A stretch of DNA of 64,000 nucleotides from Microtetraspora malaysiensis (GCF_001528665.1 NZ_BBYJ01000004.1:310472-374471); one strand, 5' to 3'; positions 33,087 through 41,753 are shown, counted from the first letter of the stretch. The notes: a model not told the origin generated them from the letters alone. Numbers and translations are program-made.

Positions 33087-33647
33087 CTATTGAAGGTCGT
33101 AAGGCATGACCAAGAAGAACTCGCCCTCCGGGTCATAGTCGAAGATCAGAGCGGAGCTGCCGGCACGCAGATCCTCGTCTCCGGTCTGGCGCACCTGCAC
33201 AAGGGCCGAGGAGCCGTCATCGGCCGTGACCTCGGCCTGACCGAAGTCGTGCCCGACCCGTCCCGTGCGGATGACGCACATGCGGCCGACGAAATCGGCC
33301 CGGGACGGCGAAGCCACCGCGGGGAACAGGGCGCGGCTCGCCCGCGCGACCAGGCGGGCGCAGAGCCATCCGGCCAGCAGCGCGACCACGAGCACCGCCC
33401 ACCGAGCGGGAGGCCCCTCGGCCAGCACCACGCCGACCAGGCTGACGAACCAGGCGACCACGACCAGCAGCGACAGCGCCACGGCACCCGGCACTCCCCG
33501 TAGGCCGAGACCGGCGAGGAAATCGTCGGGGAGCTCCATCCCGAGTCCGCCGAGCAGCACGAGCGCCCAATAGACGATGACGACGATCAGCATGAAGCTG
33601 AACAGCACCGCCGGAAACTCCAGCACCGCATCGACGAACCGCGCCAT
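33087..33647 (-). CDS. NfeD-like membrane protein (flotillin partner, YuaF-like OB-fold)
   Basis: Three to four TM helices then C-terminal beta OB-fold (GRMCVIRTGRVGHDFGQAEVTADDGSSALVQVRQ...); 13 bp upstream of flotillin on same strand. Confidence 0.7.
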   Translation of the reverse strand: MARFVDAVLEFPAVLFSFMLIVVIVYWALVLLGGLGMELPDDFLAGLGLRGVPGAVALSLLVVVAWFVSLVGVVLAEGPPARWAVLVVALLAGWLCARLVARASRALFPAVASPSRADFVGRMCVIRTGRVGHDFGQAEVTADDGSSALVQVRQTGDEDLRAGSSALIFDYDPEGEFFLVMPYDLQ

Positions 33648-33687
33648 TGACTCCCACCGTTATCCCGGCCCCCAGAGACAACTGCAA

Positions 33688-33709
33688 TTATTGCGTAAAG
33701 TCGCAATAA
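33688..33709. promoter_or_regulatory. Perfect 8-6-8 palindrome TTATTGCG taaagt CGCAATAA in an AT-rich island upstream of nfeD-flotillin-ATPase operon
   Basis: Read directly; surrounding 70 bp (caactgcaattattgcgtaaagtcgcaataaaagtcagcacgaattcaatgcgaataatggg) is strikingly AT-rich for this genome and contains a third half-site-like GCGAATAA. Confidence 0.55.
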
Positions 33710-33831
33710 AAGTCAGCACGAATTCAATGCGAATAATGGGAACTATTGAGAAGTTCGCGCCGTTGATGCAGAGGCCCGCACCCACCGGGACTTCCAGCGC
33801 GAGGGCCTCGCCCGCGCGGCGAACCGGCTGG

Positions 33832-35964
33832 TCAGCGGATGGTCTGCCGCTCGGTCAGGGCGGCATACCGGCCGCCGTGCCGCATCAGCTCGTCGTGGGT
33901 GCCCCGTTCGACGATCCGGCCCCTCTCGACGACGAGGATCTGGTCGGCGTCGCGCACCGTGCTCAGCCGGTGGGCGATCACGATGCGGGTCTGGGTCAGC
34001 CAGGCGAGGTTCCGCTCGATCGCGGCCTCGGCGGCGGTGTCGAGATGGCTCGTCGCCTCGTCGAGCAGCAGGACCCTGGGCTGGGGCAGGAGCGCCCGCG
34101 CGAGCGCGATCCGCTGCCGCTGCCCGCCGGAGATGCCGCTGCCCTCAGTGAGCATCGTCTCGTACCCCATGGGCATGGCCATGATGTCGTCGTGGACGCA
34201 GGCCATCCTGGCCGCCGCCACCACCTGCTCCAGCGAGGCGTCGGGAACGGCCAAGCCGATGTTGTCCCTGATGGTCCCGGTGAAGAGGTGCGGCTCCTGG
34301 GTGACCACGCCGAAGCGGCTACGCAACCAGCGCGCGTCGATGTCCCACGCAGGCATCCCGTCGTACCAGACGTCACCCTCGACCGGCTGGTACAGGCCCA
34401 GCAGGATCCGTCCCAGCGTGCTCTTGCCCGACCCGGAACTGCCCACCAGGGCGATCTTCTGCCCGGGTCCGACCGCGAGCGACACGTTCCTGACCGTCCA
34501 TGGGGAGCGCGGGTCGAAGCGGAATCCGACATCCCGGAGGACCACCTCTCCGCGCAGGTGCGGCCGCTTCCTGCCTCTCCGCTCGGGCTCGGCCTCGACG
34601 ATGTCGGCCAGCCGCTCGAAGTGCGCCCCTGCCTCCTGGAGCTCCTGCAGGCTGGTCAGCAGCGAGGTCAGCGGGGTGAGGGTGGACATGGCCAGCGCGT
34701 TGAGCGCGAGCATGGTGCCCAGAGTCAGCTCGCCGTCGAGCACCCGTGACGCGCCCACGAGCAGCAGCAGCGCGGGACCGAGGACCCTGATCCCCGACAG
34801 GACCGCATCCAGGGCCCCGCGGGTCAGGCCGAGACGCACGTCGGCGTTCATCTGGGCGGTGAACATCCTGGACCACCGCTCCATGGCACGCCATTCGGCG
34901 CTGGACGCCTTGATGGTCTCGATGCCTCCGATGGACTCGATGAGCCGGCCCTGGGTCGTGGCGGCGGCGGTCAGCTCGCGCCCGGTCAGGTCGGCGATCC
35001 GCCTCCGGGTGGCCAGCAGCAGCGCGACCTGGACGACCGCCACGGCGAGCAGGCATCCTCCGAGCACGGGATCGCCCAGGAGGACCAGAGTCATGAGGAC
35101 CGCGGCCATCGGACCGTCGAGCAGCGCGGAGAGCGCCTGGCCGGAGAGCATGGCCCGGAGGCTGGCCGCGCTCTGCGTGCTCATGACCAGGTCGCTCGTC
35201 CCCCTGAGGGTGAAGAACCGGTAGGGCAACGTGAACAGGTGCCCGACCACACCCGCCGTGAACTGGGTGTCCGCCCGCGCCCGCAACATGAGCAGCACGG
35301 CCGTACGGAGGTACGTGAGGATCGCCTGGATGAGCACCACGAAGCCGAGCCCCACGATGAGGATCCGCAGCAGATAGCGGTTCCCTCCGGGAAGTACCTC
35401 GTCGACGACGAGCCCGGAGAGCAGGGGAAGGACGAGGGTGACGCCCTGCAGCAGCAGGGACGCGAACAACCCCTGGAGCAGCAGGCCTCGGTGGCGGGCC
35501 AGCAGGGCGCGGACCAGGTCCCGGCGCCACGGGCGGCGCTGCGGGCCCCGGACGTCGAACTCGGGGCCGGGTTCGAAGGCCAGGACGACCCCGGTGAACC
35601 CGACGTCGAACTCCTCCGGCGTGAGCCTGCGCCGCCCGGAGGCGGGATCGACGACCTCGACGACGTCCGGGCGCCAGCGCTCGACGACCAGGAAGTGGTT
35701 GAACTCCCAGTGCACGATGAAGGGCCCGGGCACCGCGCCGAGCTGCTCGGGGGCGAGCGAGAACGCCTTGACGCGCAGGCCGTACGATCTGGCGGCCTCC
35801 GCGACGGCCGACGCGCTCAGCCCGTCCCGCGACACCTGGACGTGCTCGCCGACCTCGCGCACGGTCGTGCGGCGTCCGTGGTGCCTGAGAACCATCGCCA
35901 GGCAGGCGGCGCCGCAGTCGGCCATCGTGGCCTGCCTGATCACCGGTACCCGCCCGCGCCTCAT
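33832..35964 (-). CDS. Peptidase-C39-domain ABC transporter (bacteriocin/RiPP leader-cleaving exporter)
   Basis: N-terminal C39 papain-like domain with catalytic Cys context QATMADCGAACLAMV; 6-TM ABC exporter domain; nucleotide-binding domain with Walker A GSSGSGKST, signature LSGGQRQR, Walker B LLLDEATS. Start ATG 35962-64 overlaps upstream stop (ATGA). Confidence 0.85.
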   Translation of the reverse strand: MRRGRVPVIRQATMADCGAACLAMVLRHHGRRTTVREVGEHVQVSRDGLSASAVAEAARSYGLRVKAFSLAPEQLGAVPGPFIVHWEFNHFLVVERWRPDVVEVVDPASGRRRLTPEEFDVGFTGVVLAFEPGPEFDVRGPQRRPWRRDLVRALLARHRGLLLQGLFASLLLQGVTLVLPLLSGLVVDEVLPGGNRYLLRILIVGLGFVVLIQAILTYLRTAVLLMLRARADTQFTAGVVGHLFTLPYRFFTLRGTSDLVMSTQSAASLRAMLSGQALSALLDGPMAAVLMTLVLLGDPVLGGCLLAVAVVQVALLLATRRRIADLTGRELTAAATTQGRLIESIGGIETIKASSAEWRAMERWSRMFTAQMNADVRLGLTRGALDAVLSGIRVLGPALLLLVGASRVLDGELTLGTMLALNALAMSTLTPLTSLLTSLQELQEAGAHFERLADIVEAEPERRGRKRPHLRGEVVLRDVGFRFDPRSPWTVRNVSLAVGPGQKIALVGSSGSGKSTLGRILLGLYQPVEGDVWYDGMPAWDIDARWLRSRFGVVTQEPHLFTGTIRDNIGLAVPDASLEQVVAAARMACVHDDIMAMPMGYETMLTEGSGISGGQRQRIALARALLPQPRVLLLDEATSHLDTAAEAAIERNLAWLTQTRIVIAHRLSTVRDADQILVVERGRIVERGTHDELMRHGGRYAALTERQTIR

Positions 35965-36149
35965 CGCCCCGCTCCGAGCGCGGGAAGGACGCCGATCAGC
36001 ACCACGGCCGCCATCGCCATCGCGAGCAGCCCGACGTAGATCCACAGGCCGACCAGGAGCCTCCTGGAGATCCGGTACGGCCGCTCGACGCGCCGCCGGG
36101 CGGCCATGTGGTGGTGAACCGCCTTCTCCCGGTACGGAAGTCCCGTCAT
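35961..36149 (-). CDS. Small single-TM membrane protein (62 aa) translationally coupled within the graspetide operon
   Basis: ATG 36147-36149 overlaps the stop of the upstream parvulin-like gene (ATGA), and its own stop overlaps the ABC transporter start (ATGA). Sequence MTGLPYREKAVHHHMAARRRVERPYRISRRLLVGLWIYVGLLAMAMAAVVLIGVLPALGAGR has one hydrophobic helix. Confidence 0.45.
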   Translation of the reverse strand: MTGLPYREKAVHHHMAARRRVERPYRISRRLLVGLWIYVGLLAMAMAAVVLIGVLPALGAGR

Positions 36150-37198
36150 GTGCCGGCCCGCCCGGCCGTACCGGTCGAGTTCGCGACGCCGGAAGAGCCG
36201 GACGCGGCGGTCCGGTCCGCGGTCCCCCAGAACCATTCGATCTTGGCCGTGCTCCTGCGCCGCTCGATCCATTCGGCGAAGATCCGGCGCTCGACGAGCT
36301 CGCGCACGGTCCCGTCGAGAACGGCGGGCTCCACGGCCAGCACCTTGATCAGCAGGTGACCGTGTTCCGTCGCGAAAGGACCGGTGACCGTCCCCGGCGC
36401 GGCTCCGAAGACCCGGCCGGCCGTCTCTGGGCTCAGGTCCCCTCTGCGCAGCGTGGCGAACACCTCGCCCGGCCGTGCCGTGCCGTCCGCGAAAGCCCGC
36501 TCCGCGGCGTCGAGGAACCCGTCGGCGGCCGGCACGCGCGGCCCTTCGGTGAACTCCACCCGCGCGACGCGGGCGACGTCGAACTCGTGACCGTGCGCGG
36601 CGAACCAGTCATCGACCCGGCCGGCGGCCACCCGCGACCGGAGTCCGGCCACGGACGCCTCAAGGACGACCAGCTCCTCCAGCTCGTGGTGGGAGATGTG
36701 GTTGCGGTCCATCCATGCCCGGACCGCGCCGCCGGTCAGCAGCCCACGCGCCCGGCGGAACGCGTCCATCGCCTCCTGGAGCTCCGCGTCGGTCAGCGGT
36801 TCGGGCTCCTCCTCCCGCACCTCACGTACGAGGCTGTCGGTGACGAGGCGGTCGGCCAGCCGCGACTCGTCCCAGATGAAATCCAGGCAGGCGATCGCCC
36901 TGGCCACCGGGGTCTCGACACCGTTGACCCGGAGCAGCAGGTGCTCACCGGCCCGGTGGACACCGCGCAGCGGCCAGGGCAACGCCCGGTCGGGGCACCA
37001 GGAGAGGGAGATCGTGGCGCCGTCGCGTTCCTTGATGAGCAGAGCGTGATGGAGCGATCCGTCATATTCCTCACGCTGGGCGACCAGCCGCACCCGCGCC
37101 CCCGGGTACCGCGCCCTGAAGCCATCGAGGTCGTGCCCGGCCGTACCGGCGCCGAGCATGTCGATCGCCTCGGCGAGCATCCGTCCGTCCGTCACCAC
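36146..37198 (-). CDS. Peptide-maturation-system protein with C-terminal PpiC/parvulin-like domain
   Basis: C-terminal GEVFATLRRGDLSPETAGRVFGAAPGTVTGPFATEHGHLLIKVLAVEPA resembles parvulin rotamase fold; start GTG 37196-98 overlaps ATP-grasp stop (GTGGTGA); family of accessory proteins reported next to SAV_5884-type ATP-grasp RiPP maturases. Confidence 0.55.
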   Translation of the reverse strand: MVTDGRMLAEAIDMLGAGTAGHDLDGFRARYPGARVRLVAQREEYDGSLHHALLIKERDGATISLSWCPDRALPWPLRGVHRAGEHLLLRVNGVETPVARAIACLDFIWDESRLADRLVTDSLVREVREEEPEPLTDAELQEAMDAFRRARGLLTGGAVRAWMDRNHISHHELEELVVLEASVAGLRSRVAAGRVDDWFAAHGHEFDVARVARVEFTEGPRVPAADGFLDAAERAFADGTARPGEVFATLRRGDLSPETAGRVFGAAPGTVTGPFATEHGHLLIKVLAVEPAVLDGTVRELVERRIFAEWIERRRSTAKIEWFWGTADRTAASGSSGVANSTGTAGRAGT

Positions 37199-38157
37199 GT
37201 CACTCCGCTCATGAGCAGCTCGCCGACCGCCGCGCCGATGGGCAGCCCGGTCGCGTCCTCGATCCAGAGGAACTGGCCGTTCGGATTGATCTCCAGGAAG
37301 ACATGGCGGCCGTCCGGCGTGAGGATCAGGTCGATCGCGCCGTAGGCCAGCCCGAGCCGCTCGACCAGATCCAGGCACCGCTGGGAGATCTCCGGCGGCA
37401 GGTCGTGCGCCCGGATGGGCGTCGCGCCGGGGTCGTAGTGTCGCCAGTCGTACCGGGTGTGGTTGCTCACCTGGGAATGGATCTCCGCGGCGAAGACCTT
37501 CCTGCCCACCACGGTCACGCGTATCTCGACCCGCTTGGGCACGTACGCCTGGACGATGACCGGGCAGAAGCGCAGGGCGTCCGCGTAGGCGACGTCCACA
37601 GGGGTGACGGGGGCCGCGAACCGGCCGAACCGCTCTCCCTCCGCTTCGAGCTGGTTGCCGTGCACGGGCTTGGTGATCACACGGCCCTCGTGCCGGTCGT
37701 AGAAGTCGAGAAAACTCTCGGGGTCGGTCGTGACCAGCGTCGCGGGGAGCTCAAAGCCCAGCCGCCTGGCCAGTTCGAGCTGGTACGGCTTGCGCGCCGC
37801 GCGGTCGATGACCGGCCGGGAGCCGGGAACCGTGAGGCAGCCGAGGCTGTCCCAGAGGCTCTCGGCCATGACGCGGCACTCCTCCTCCACGTAGTCGCGG
37901 GCGGCGACCCTCGGATGCGCGACCGGGTCGAGGGGCCTGCGGTACCAGAGCGCGGTCACCTCGTCGAGGACGAGGCGGCGGCCCGCGCGGCCGAACATCC
38001 GGCTGGTCGAACCATCCCCGGAGTGGCTGATCTCGAGGGTGGCGGCGGTCGGGAAGGAGGCGGGATCGAAGACGACGACATCCGCGCCCGCGGTCATGAG
38101 CGGTTTCACGACCCGGTCGGCGTGCTCATCTCCGTCAGAGGTCAGGACGAGGATCAT
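37192..38157 (-). CDS. ATP-grasp ribosomal peptide maturase (MvdD/MdnC-like; graspetide macrolactone/lactam ligase)
   Basis: Start MILVLTSDGDEHADRVV (hallmark N-terminus of RiPP ATP-grasp ligases), ATP-grasp fold motifs (VITKPVHGNQ, EIHSQVSNHTRYDWRHYD, GAIDLILTPDGRHVFLEINPNGQFLWIE); 50 bp downstream of precursor gene. Confidence 0.8.
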   Translation of the reverse strand: MILVLTSDGDEHADRVVKPLMTAGADVVVFDPASFPTAATLEISHSGDGSTSRMFGRAGRRLVLDEVTALWYRRPLDPVAHPRVAARDYVEEECRVMAESLWDSLGCLTVPGSRPVIDRAARKPYQLELARRLGFELPATLVTTDPESFLDFYDRHEGRVITKPVHGNQLEAEGERFGRFAAPVTPVDVAYADALRFCPVIVQAYVPKRVEIRVTVVGRKVFAAEIHSQVSNHTRYDWRHYDPGATPIRAHDLPPEISQRCLDLVERLGLAYGAIDLILTPDGRHVFLEINPNGQFLWIEDATGLPIGAAVGELLMSGVTW

Positions 38158-38206
38158 CGGCGGGGCTCCGGACGGGGGCGCGACGCGGTCGCGCCCCCGC
38201 GGCGAA

Positions 38207-38356
38207 CTAGTTGCTGTCGCCGGAGGTGTGCGTGTGGTTGCCGCAGATCTCGATGACCTGGCTCTTGGCGCCACCGCTCACCTGAAGAAGCTGACCCTCG
38301 TCGAGCTCCGGACCGAAGGCCGCGATGTCGTCGAGGGTGGTACGCGTCTTGCTCAT
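38207..38356 (-). CDS. Graspetide precursor peptide (49 aa) with double-glycine leader
   Basis: Ribosome-binding site GGGAGAAAGG 10 bp before ATG 38354-56. Sequence is MSKTRTTLDDIAAFGPELDEGQLLQVSGG / AKSQVIEICGNHTHTSGDSN: leader ends in GG (substrate for the C39 transporter), and the core carries Thr/Ser hydroxyl donors and Asp/Glu acceptors. Confidence 0.7.
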   Translation of the reverse strand: MSKTRTTLDDIAAFGPELDEGQLLQVSGGAKSQVIEICGNHTHTSGDSN

Positions 38357-38538
38357 GCGTATCCCCGCCTTTCTCCCGTACGGGGGCACCTGATGCGCCC
38401 CGTTGCACCGAGCAAGCTAGGCGAGCGGCACCTGGCCGGGCGTCCGTCGCGCGGGTGATCTTGTGTCATCCCGGCGGGGGGCGCGGATCGGGGTTCCGGG
38501 TGTTTCCATCCCTGGTTTCCGGTCCGACCCCGACGTAT

Positions 38539-38553
38539 ATGAGCGCAGCTCAT
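38539..38553. promoter_or_regulatory. 6-3-6 inverted repeat ATGAGC gca GCTCAT in the promoter region of the graspetide operon
   Basis: Read directly, about 185 bp upstream of precursor start. Confidence 0.3.
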
Positions 38554-38655
38554 GCGGGTTCGCCGGCCCTCACCCCTCACCCCGGCCACGTGATTCCGCC
38601 CGAACCGACCGAGCGTCCCAACGGGGCGGGGAGCCGACGCTGACCGGGGCCTGCG

Positions 38656-39546
38656 TCAGCGGACGCGGCCGACCATGCGCGCGTACATACGGCCGGGACT
38701 CGGCACTGAGGGCGGGTGCAGGAAGCCCGGCAGCATGGGCAGGTCGACGGAGAAAGGCTGCAGTCGCTCGTAGAGCGTGACGGCGTCGGCGGGGCGATTC
38801 TCCGGCTGCTTCTCCAGCAGCTCGGCGATCAGCCGGTCGAGCTCGACCGGGACGTCGGGCACCGACGGCGGGCGTTCCTTCACCTGCTTGTCGAACACGG
38901 CGTACTCGGTCGGCCCCGTGAACAGCGGCTTGCCGGTCAGCATCTCGTGCAGGACACAGCCGAGAGCGTAAAGATCGCTCTTCGGGCCGGCGACGCCGCG
39001 CTGGATCTGCTCCGGCGACATGTACGCGGGGGTGCCGAGGATCTGCCCGACCCGGGTGAACTGGGCGCCGTCCGACTCGCGCAGCATCGCCAGACCGAAG
39101 TCGAGGACCTTGACGCTGCCGTCGGGGCAGAGCATCAGGTTCGTCGGCTTGAGATCACGGTGACAGATGGACAGCGCGTGCGCCGCGGTCAGCACCGCGC
39201 ACGCCTGGGCGGCGATCGCCGCGGCCCACGGGACCGGGAGCGGGCCATATTCGCTGACCAGGTCGGCGACCGTGACGCCCTCGATGAACTGCATCACCTG
39301 GAAGAGGCGCTGATCGTACGTGCCGAAGTCGTAGAGGACGGGCGCGCCCGGATGCTCCAGGCGGGCGAGGATGCGCGCCTCTCGGATGAACCGGCGCTCC
39401 AGCTCCTCGTCATGACCACCCGGAAAGCGGAGGAACTTCACCGCCACCTTGCGGTCGAGACGCCTGTCGTGGCCGCCGTAGACGGCCCCCATGCCGCCCT
39501 GGCCGAGAGGAAGGTCGTCCAGCTCATACCGGTCACCGATGACCAT
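38656..39546 (-). CDS. Ser/Thr protein kinase (catalytic domain only, 296 aa)
   Basis: [33 protein letters not shown] motifs; 38 bp downstream of the methyltransferase gene on the same strand. Confidence 0.8.
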   Translation of the reverse strand: MVIGDRYELDDLPLGQGGMGAVYGGHDRRLDRKVAVKFLRFPGGHDEELERRFIREARILARLEHPGAPVLYDFGTYDQRLFQVMQFIEGVTVADLVSEYGPLPVPWAAAIAAQACAVLTAAHALSICHRDLKPTNLMLCPDGSVKVLDFGLAMLRESDGAQFTRVGQILGTPAYMSPEQIQRGVAGPKSDLYALGCVLHEMLTGKPLFTGPTEYAVFDKQVKERPPSVPDVPVELDRLIAELLEKQPENRPADAVTLYERLQPFSVDLPMLPGFLHPPSVPSPGRMYARMVGRVR

Positions 39547-39584
39547 CCGCCCCTCCCGTCGGACTTTCGGGAAAAGCTACACCT

Positions 39585-41696
39585 TCACGCGCGCGGTCGT
39601 AGACGGCCGTCAACCAGCCCCTCCAACCCCAGCCGGATCAGCGCCTCGCCCGCGTCGGCCACTTCCCTGATCGCGTCCTCCAGTTCGGCGAGCCGCCGGA
39701 AGGCCGCCCCGTACGCCCGCTGCTCGACCAGCGGGAGCCGCGGGACGCGAGCCCGGCGGACGTCGACGCGGCTGGCTCCCGGGTGCGCCCGGGCGGCCGC
39801 GTACCGCAGGAATCCGGCGAGGAAGTCCGCGTCGAGCCGGGACCGATCCACCTGGTAAAGCGAGAGCTGCGGGCCGAGGACGGCGCCCGGCTGGTGGATC
39901 ACGCGTGCGGTCGTCGTCGAGGCCACCACGTCTCCGGCCGCCACCGTGACGATGCCGGGCTCACTGCCGGAGCGACCGGACGGCGTCCCGCCTCGGGCGA
40001 GGTCGTCGGCGGTCAATACGTTGAGATCTCCGCTGTCCGCGGTTTTCAGCACCGAATGCCGCACCGTCACCATCCCGGCCTTGGCCAGATCGGTGATGGC
40101 GGTCGTGGGGAGGCCGGCTCGCCCGGACAGCACCTCCAGGTCGGGCAGCGCCCCCGCCGCCTCGGCCAGCACCTCGGCGAGGTCGCGGAGCCCGCGCCCG
40201 GCGGCGGGATAACGCTGCGCGTCGCCACGTGAGGAGACGTGCCGGGCCGGGCTGACGTCCACCTCGTCGTCGAGCAGATCGATGATCCGTACGATCCGGG
40301 CAGAGCGCGGCAACTCGCCTGCCGAGGCCACCGCCGCGGCCTGCCTCGCAACGCCACCGGACGTCCGGCCTTCGGCCACCGAACCGGCGGCCGGCCCGCG
40401 TCGGGCGGCTTCCGGCGCTGCGGGACCGGCCGTGTCCGTGCCGGCGAAACCTTCGCCGGCCGTAGGACTCGTGCCGACGTAACCCGCGTCGGCCAGGTAG
40501 GTCCACCAGGCCGACTCGACGATCGAGAGGTCGTCGGAGGCGTCGGCGAGCAGGATCGACGCCGGGGAGGGCGCCCCCGCCTCCGGCCGGCGCAGCAGCC
40601 AGAGATCCGGCCCCGCGGCGGACAGGCCGATGACCGCGCGCAGGGCTCCGGCGCGGAGCAGGTTCGCGCGGATCCGACGGCCGGAACGCCGGGCCGCGGC
40701 CGCGGCCGGCATCAGGATCGCCACCAGGCCGCCGGGACGCGCGTGGGCCAGGCAGTGCTGGACCCAGGCCAGCTCCGGCTCGCCGCGCGGGGGCACGCCG
40801 TAGTCCCAGCGCGGATCGCCGATCAGCTCCTCGTGGCCCCACGCCCGCTCGTTGAAGGGCGGGTCGCACAGCACCACGTCCGCCCGCTCGCCCTCGAATC
40901 CGTCGTGCCGTAACGAGTCGCCCGCCACGACGCGCGCGTTCGCGTCGCGCAGGAGGAGCCGCAGCGAGGCGAGCAGAGCAGAGGTCTCGTTGATCTCCTG
41001 GCCGAGCAGACGCACCGGCGGCGCACCGGGCGGCGCGCCGTCGAGGACGGCGGTGTCCGAGACCGCGAGCAGGAGCGTTCCCACACCGACCGCCGGGTCG
41101 AGGATCGCGCCTCCTTCGGGACACGCCTGGCGCGCGAGCCGCGCCATGAGCGACGCCACCTCGCCCCGCGTGACCGCGAGCCGCCGGGTGTGCGCCTCCA
41201 CGTAGCGCTCGCAGACGAACTCGAACGCGGTGGCCGGTCCGTGGAGCGCGGACAGGTCCGCGATCCACCGGATGAGCTGCGCGTCCTCCAGGACGCTCCC
41301 CGGCCGGGCCGGAAGGTCGGCCGTGGCCGCCGCGACCTCGCGCGGCAGCCGTACGACCAGGTCGGGAGCGGCGGCGAGCCGGCGCCAGCCGTCGGGATCC
41401 CGTCGCGCGTAAAGGAGGAACGCCCCCGCGAAACCGCTGAGCTCGCCCAGCCGGAGGTCGTCCACGGCGGCCCTGAGCCCCTGCCAGACACGGTCGCCCA
41501 GCGACACCTCGAAGGACTTGCCGTTCCTGCGCAGCCACTCCTCGATCTCGGGCAGCGAGAACAGCGGGCTGGACGCGGTGCCGCCCACCGGGTGGGGAAA
41601 GTCCTCATACCGACGGCGCCAGTTGCTCACCGCGGCCCTCCCGACGTCGGCTAGGCGGGCGATGTCGCCCGCGTTCACTGTGGCGTCGTGGCTCAT
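39585..41696 (-). CDS. N6-adenine DNA methyltransferase fused to HsdS-like target-recognition domain, with N-terminal HTH
   Basis: Motif I ILDPAVGVGTLL, motif IV LCDPPFN (gamma-class N6A methyltransferase); C-terminal PRLPLVEQRAYGAAFRRLAELEDAI resembles the conserved HsdS helix; N-terminal MSHDATVNAGDIARLADVGRAAVSNWRR HTH. Start set to ATG 41694-96 to leave a divergent promoter. Confidence 0.7.
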   Translation of the reverse strand: MSHDATVNAGDIARLADVGRAAVSNWRRRYEDFPHPVGGTASSPLFSLPEIEEWLRRNGKSFEVSLGDRVWQGLRAAVDDLRLGELSGFAGAFLLYARRDPDGWRRLAAAPDLVVRLPREVAAATADLPARPGSVLEDAQLIRWIADLSALHGPATAFEFVCERYVEAHTRRLAVTRGEVASLMARLARQACPEGGAILDPAVGVGTLLLAVSDTAVLDGAPPGAPPVRLLGQEINETSALLASLRLLLRDANARVVAGDSLRHDGFEGERADVVLCDPPFNERAWGHEELIGDPRWDYGVPPRGEPELAWVQHCLAHARPGGLVAILMPAAAAARRSGRRIRANLLRAGALRAVIGLSAAGPDLWLLRRPEAGAPSPASILLADASDDLSIVESAWWTYLADAGYVGTSPTAGEGFAGTDTAGPAAPEAARRGPAAGSVAEGRTSGGVARQAAAVASAGELPRSARIVRIIDLLDDEVDVSPARHVSSRGDAQRYPAAGRGLRDLAEVLAEAAGALPDLEVLSGRAGLPTTAITDLAKAGMVTVRHSVLKTADSGDLNVLTADDLARGGTPSGRSGSEPGIVTVAAGDVVASTTTARVIHQPGAVLGPQLSLYQVDRSRLDADFLAGFLRYAAARAHPGASRVDVRRARVPRLPLVEQRAYGAAFRRLAELEDAIREVADAGEALIRLGLEGLVDGRLRPRA

Positions 41697-41753
41697 GACG
41701 ACAAGCTTAGCTGGAGCTTGTGAAGTCATTCAACCAGTGCTTTACTCAAAAGC

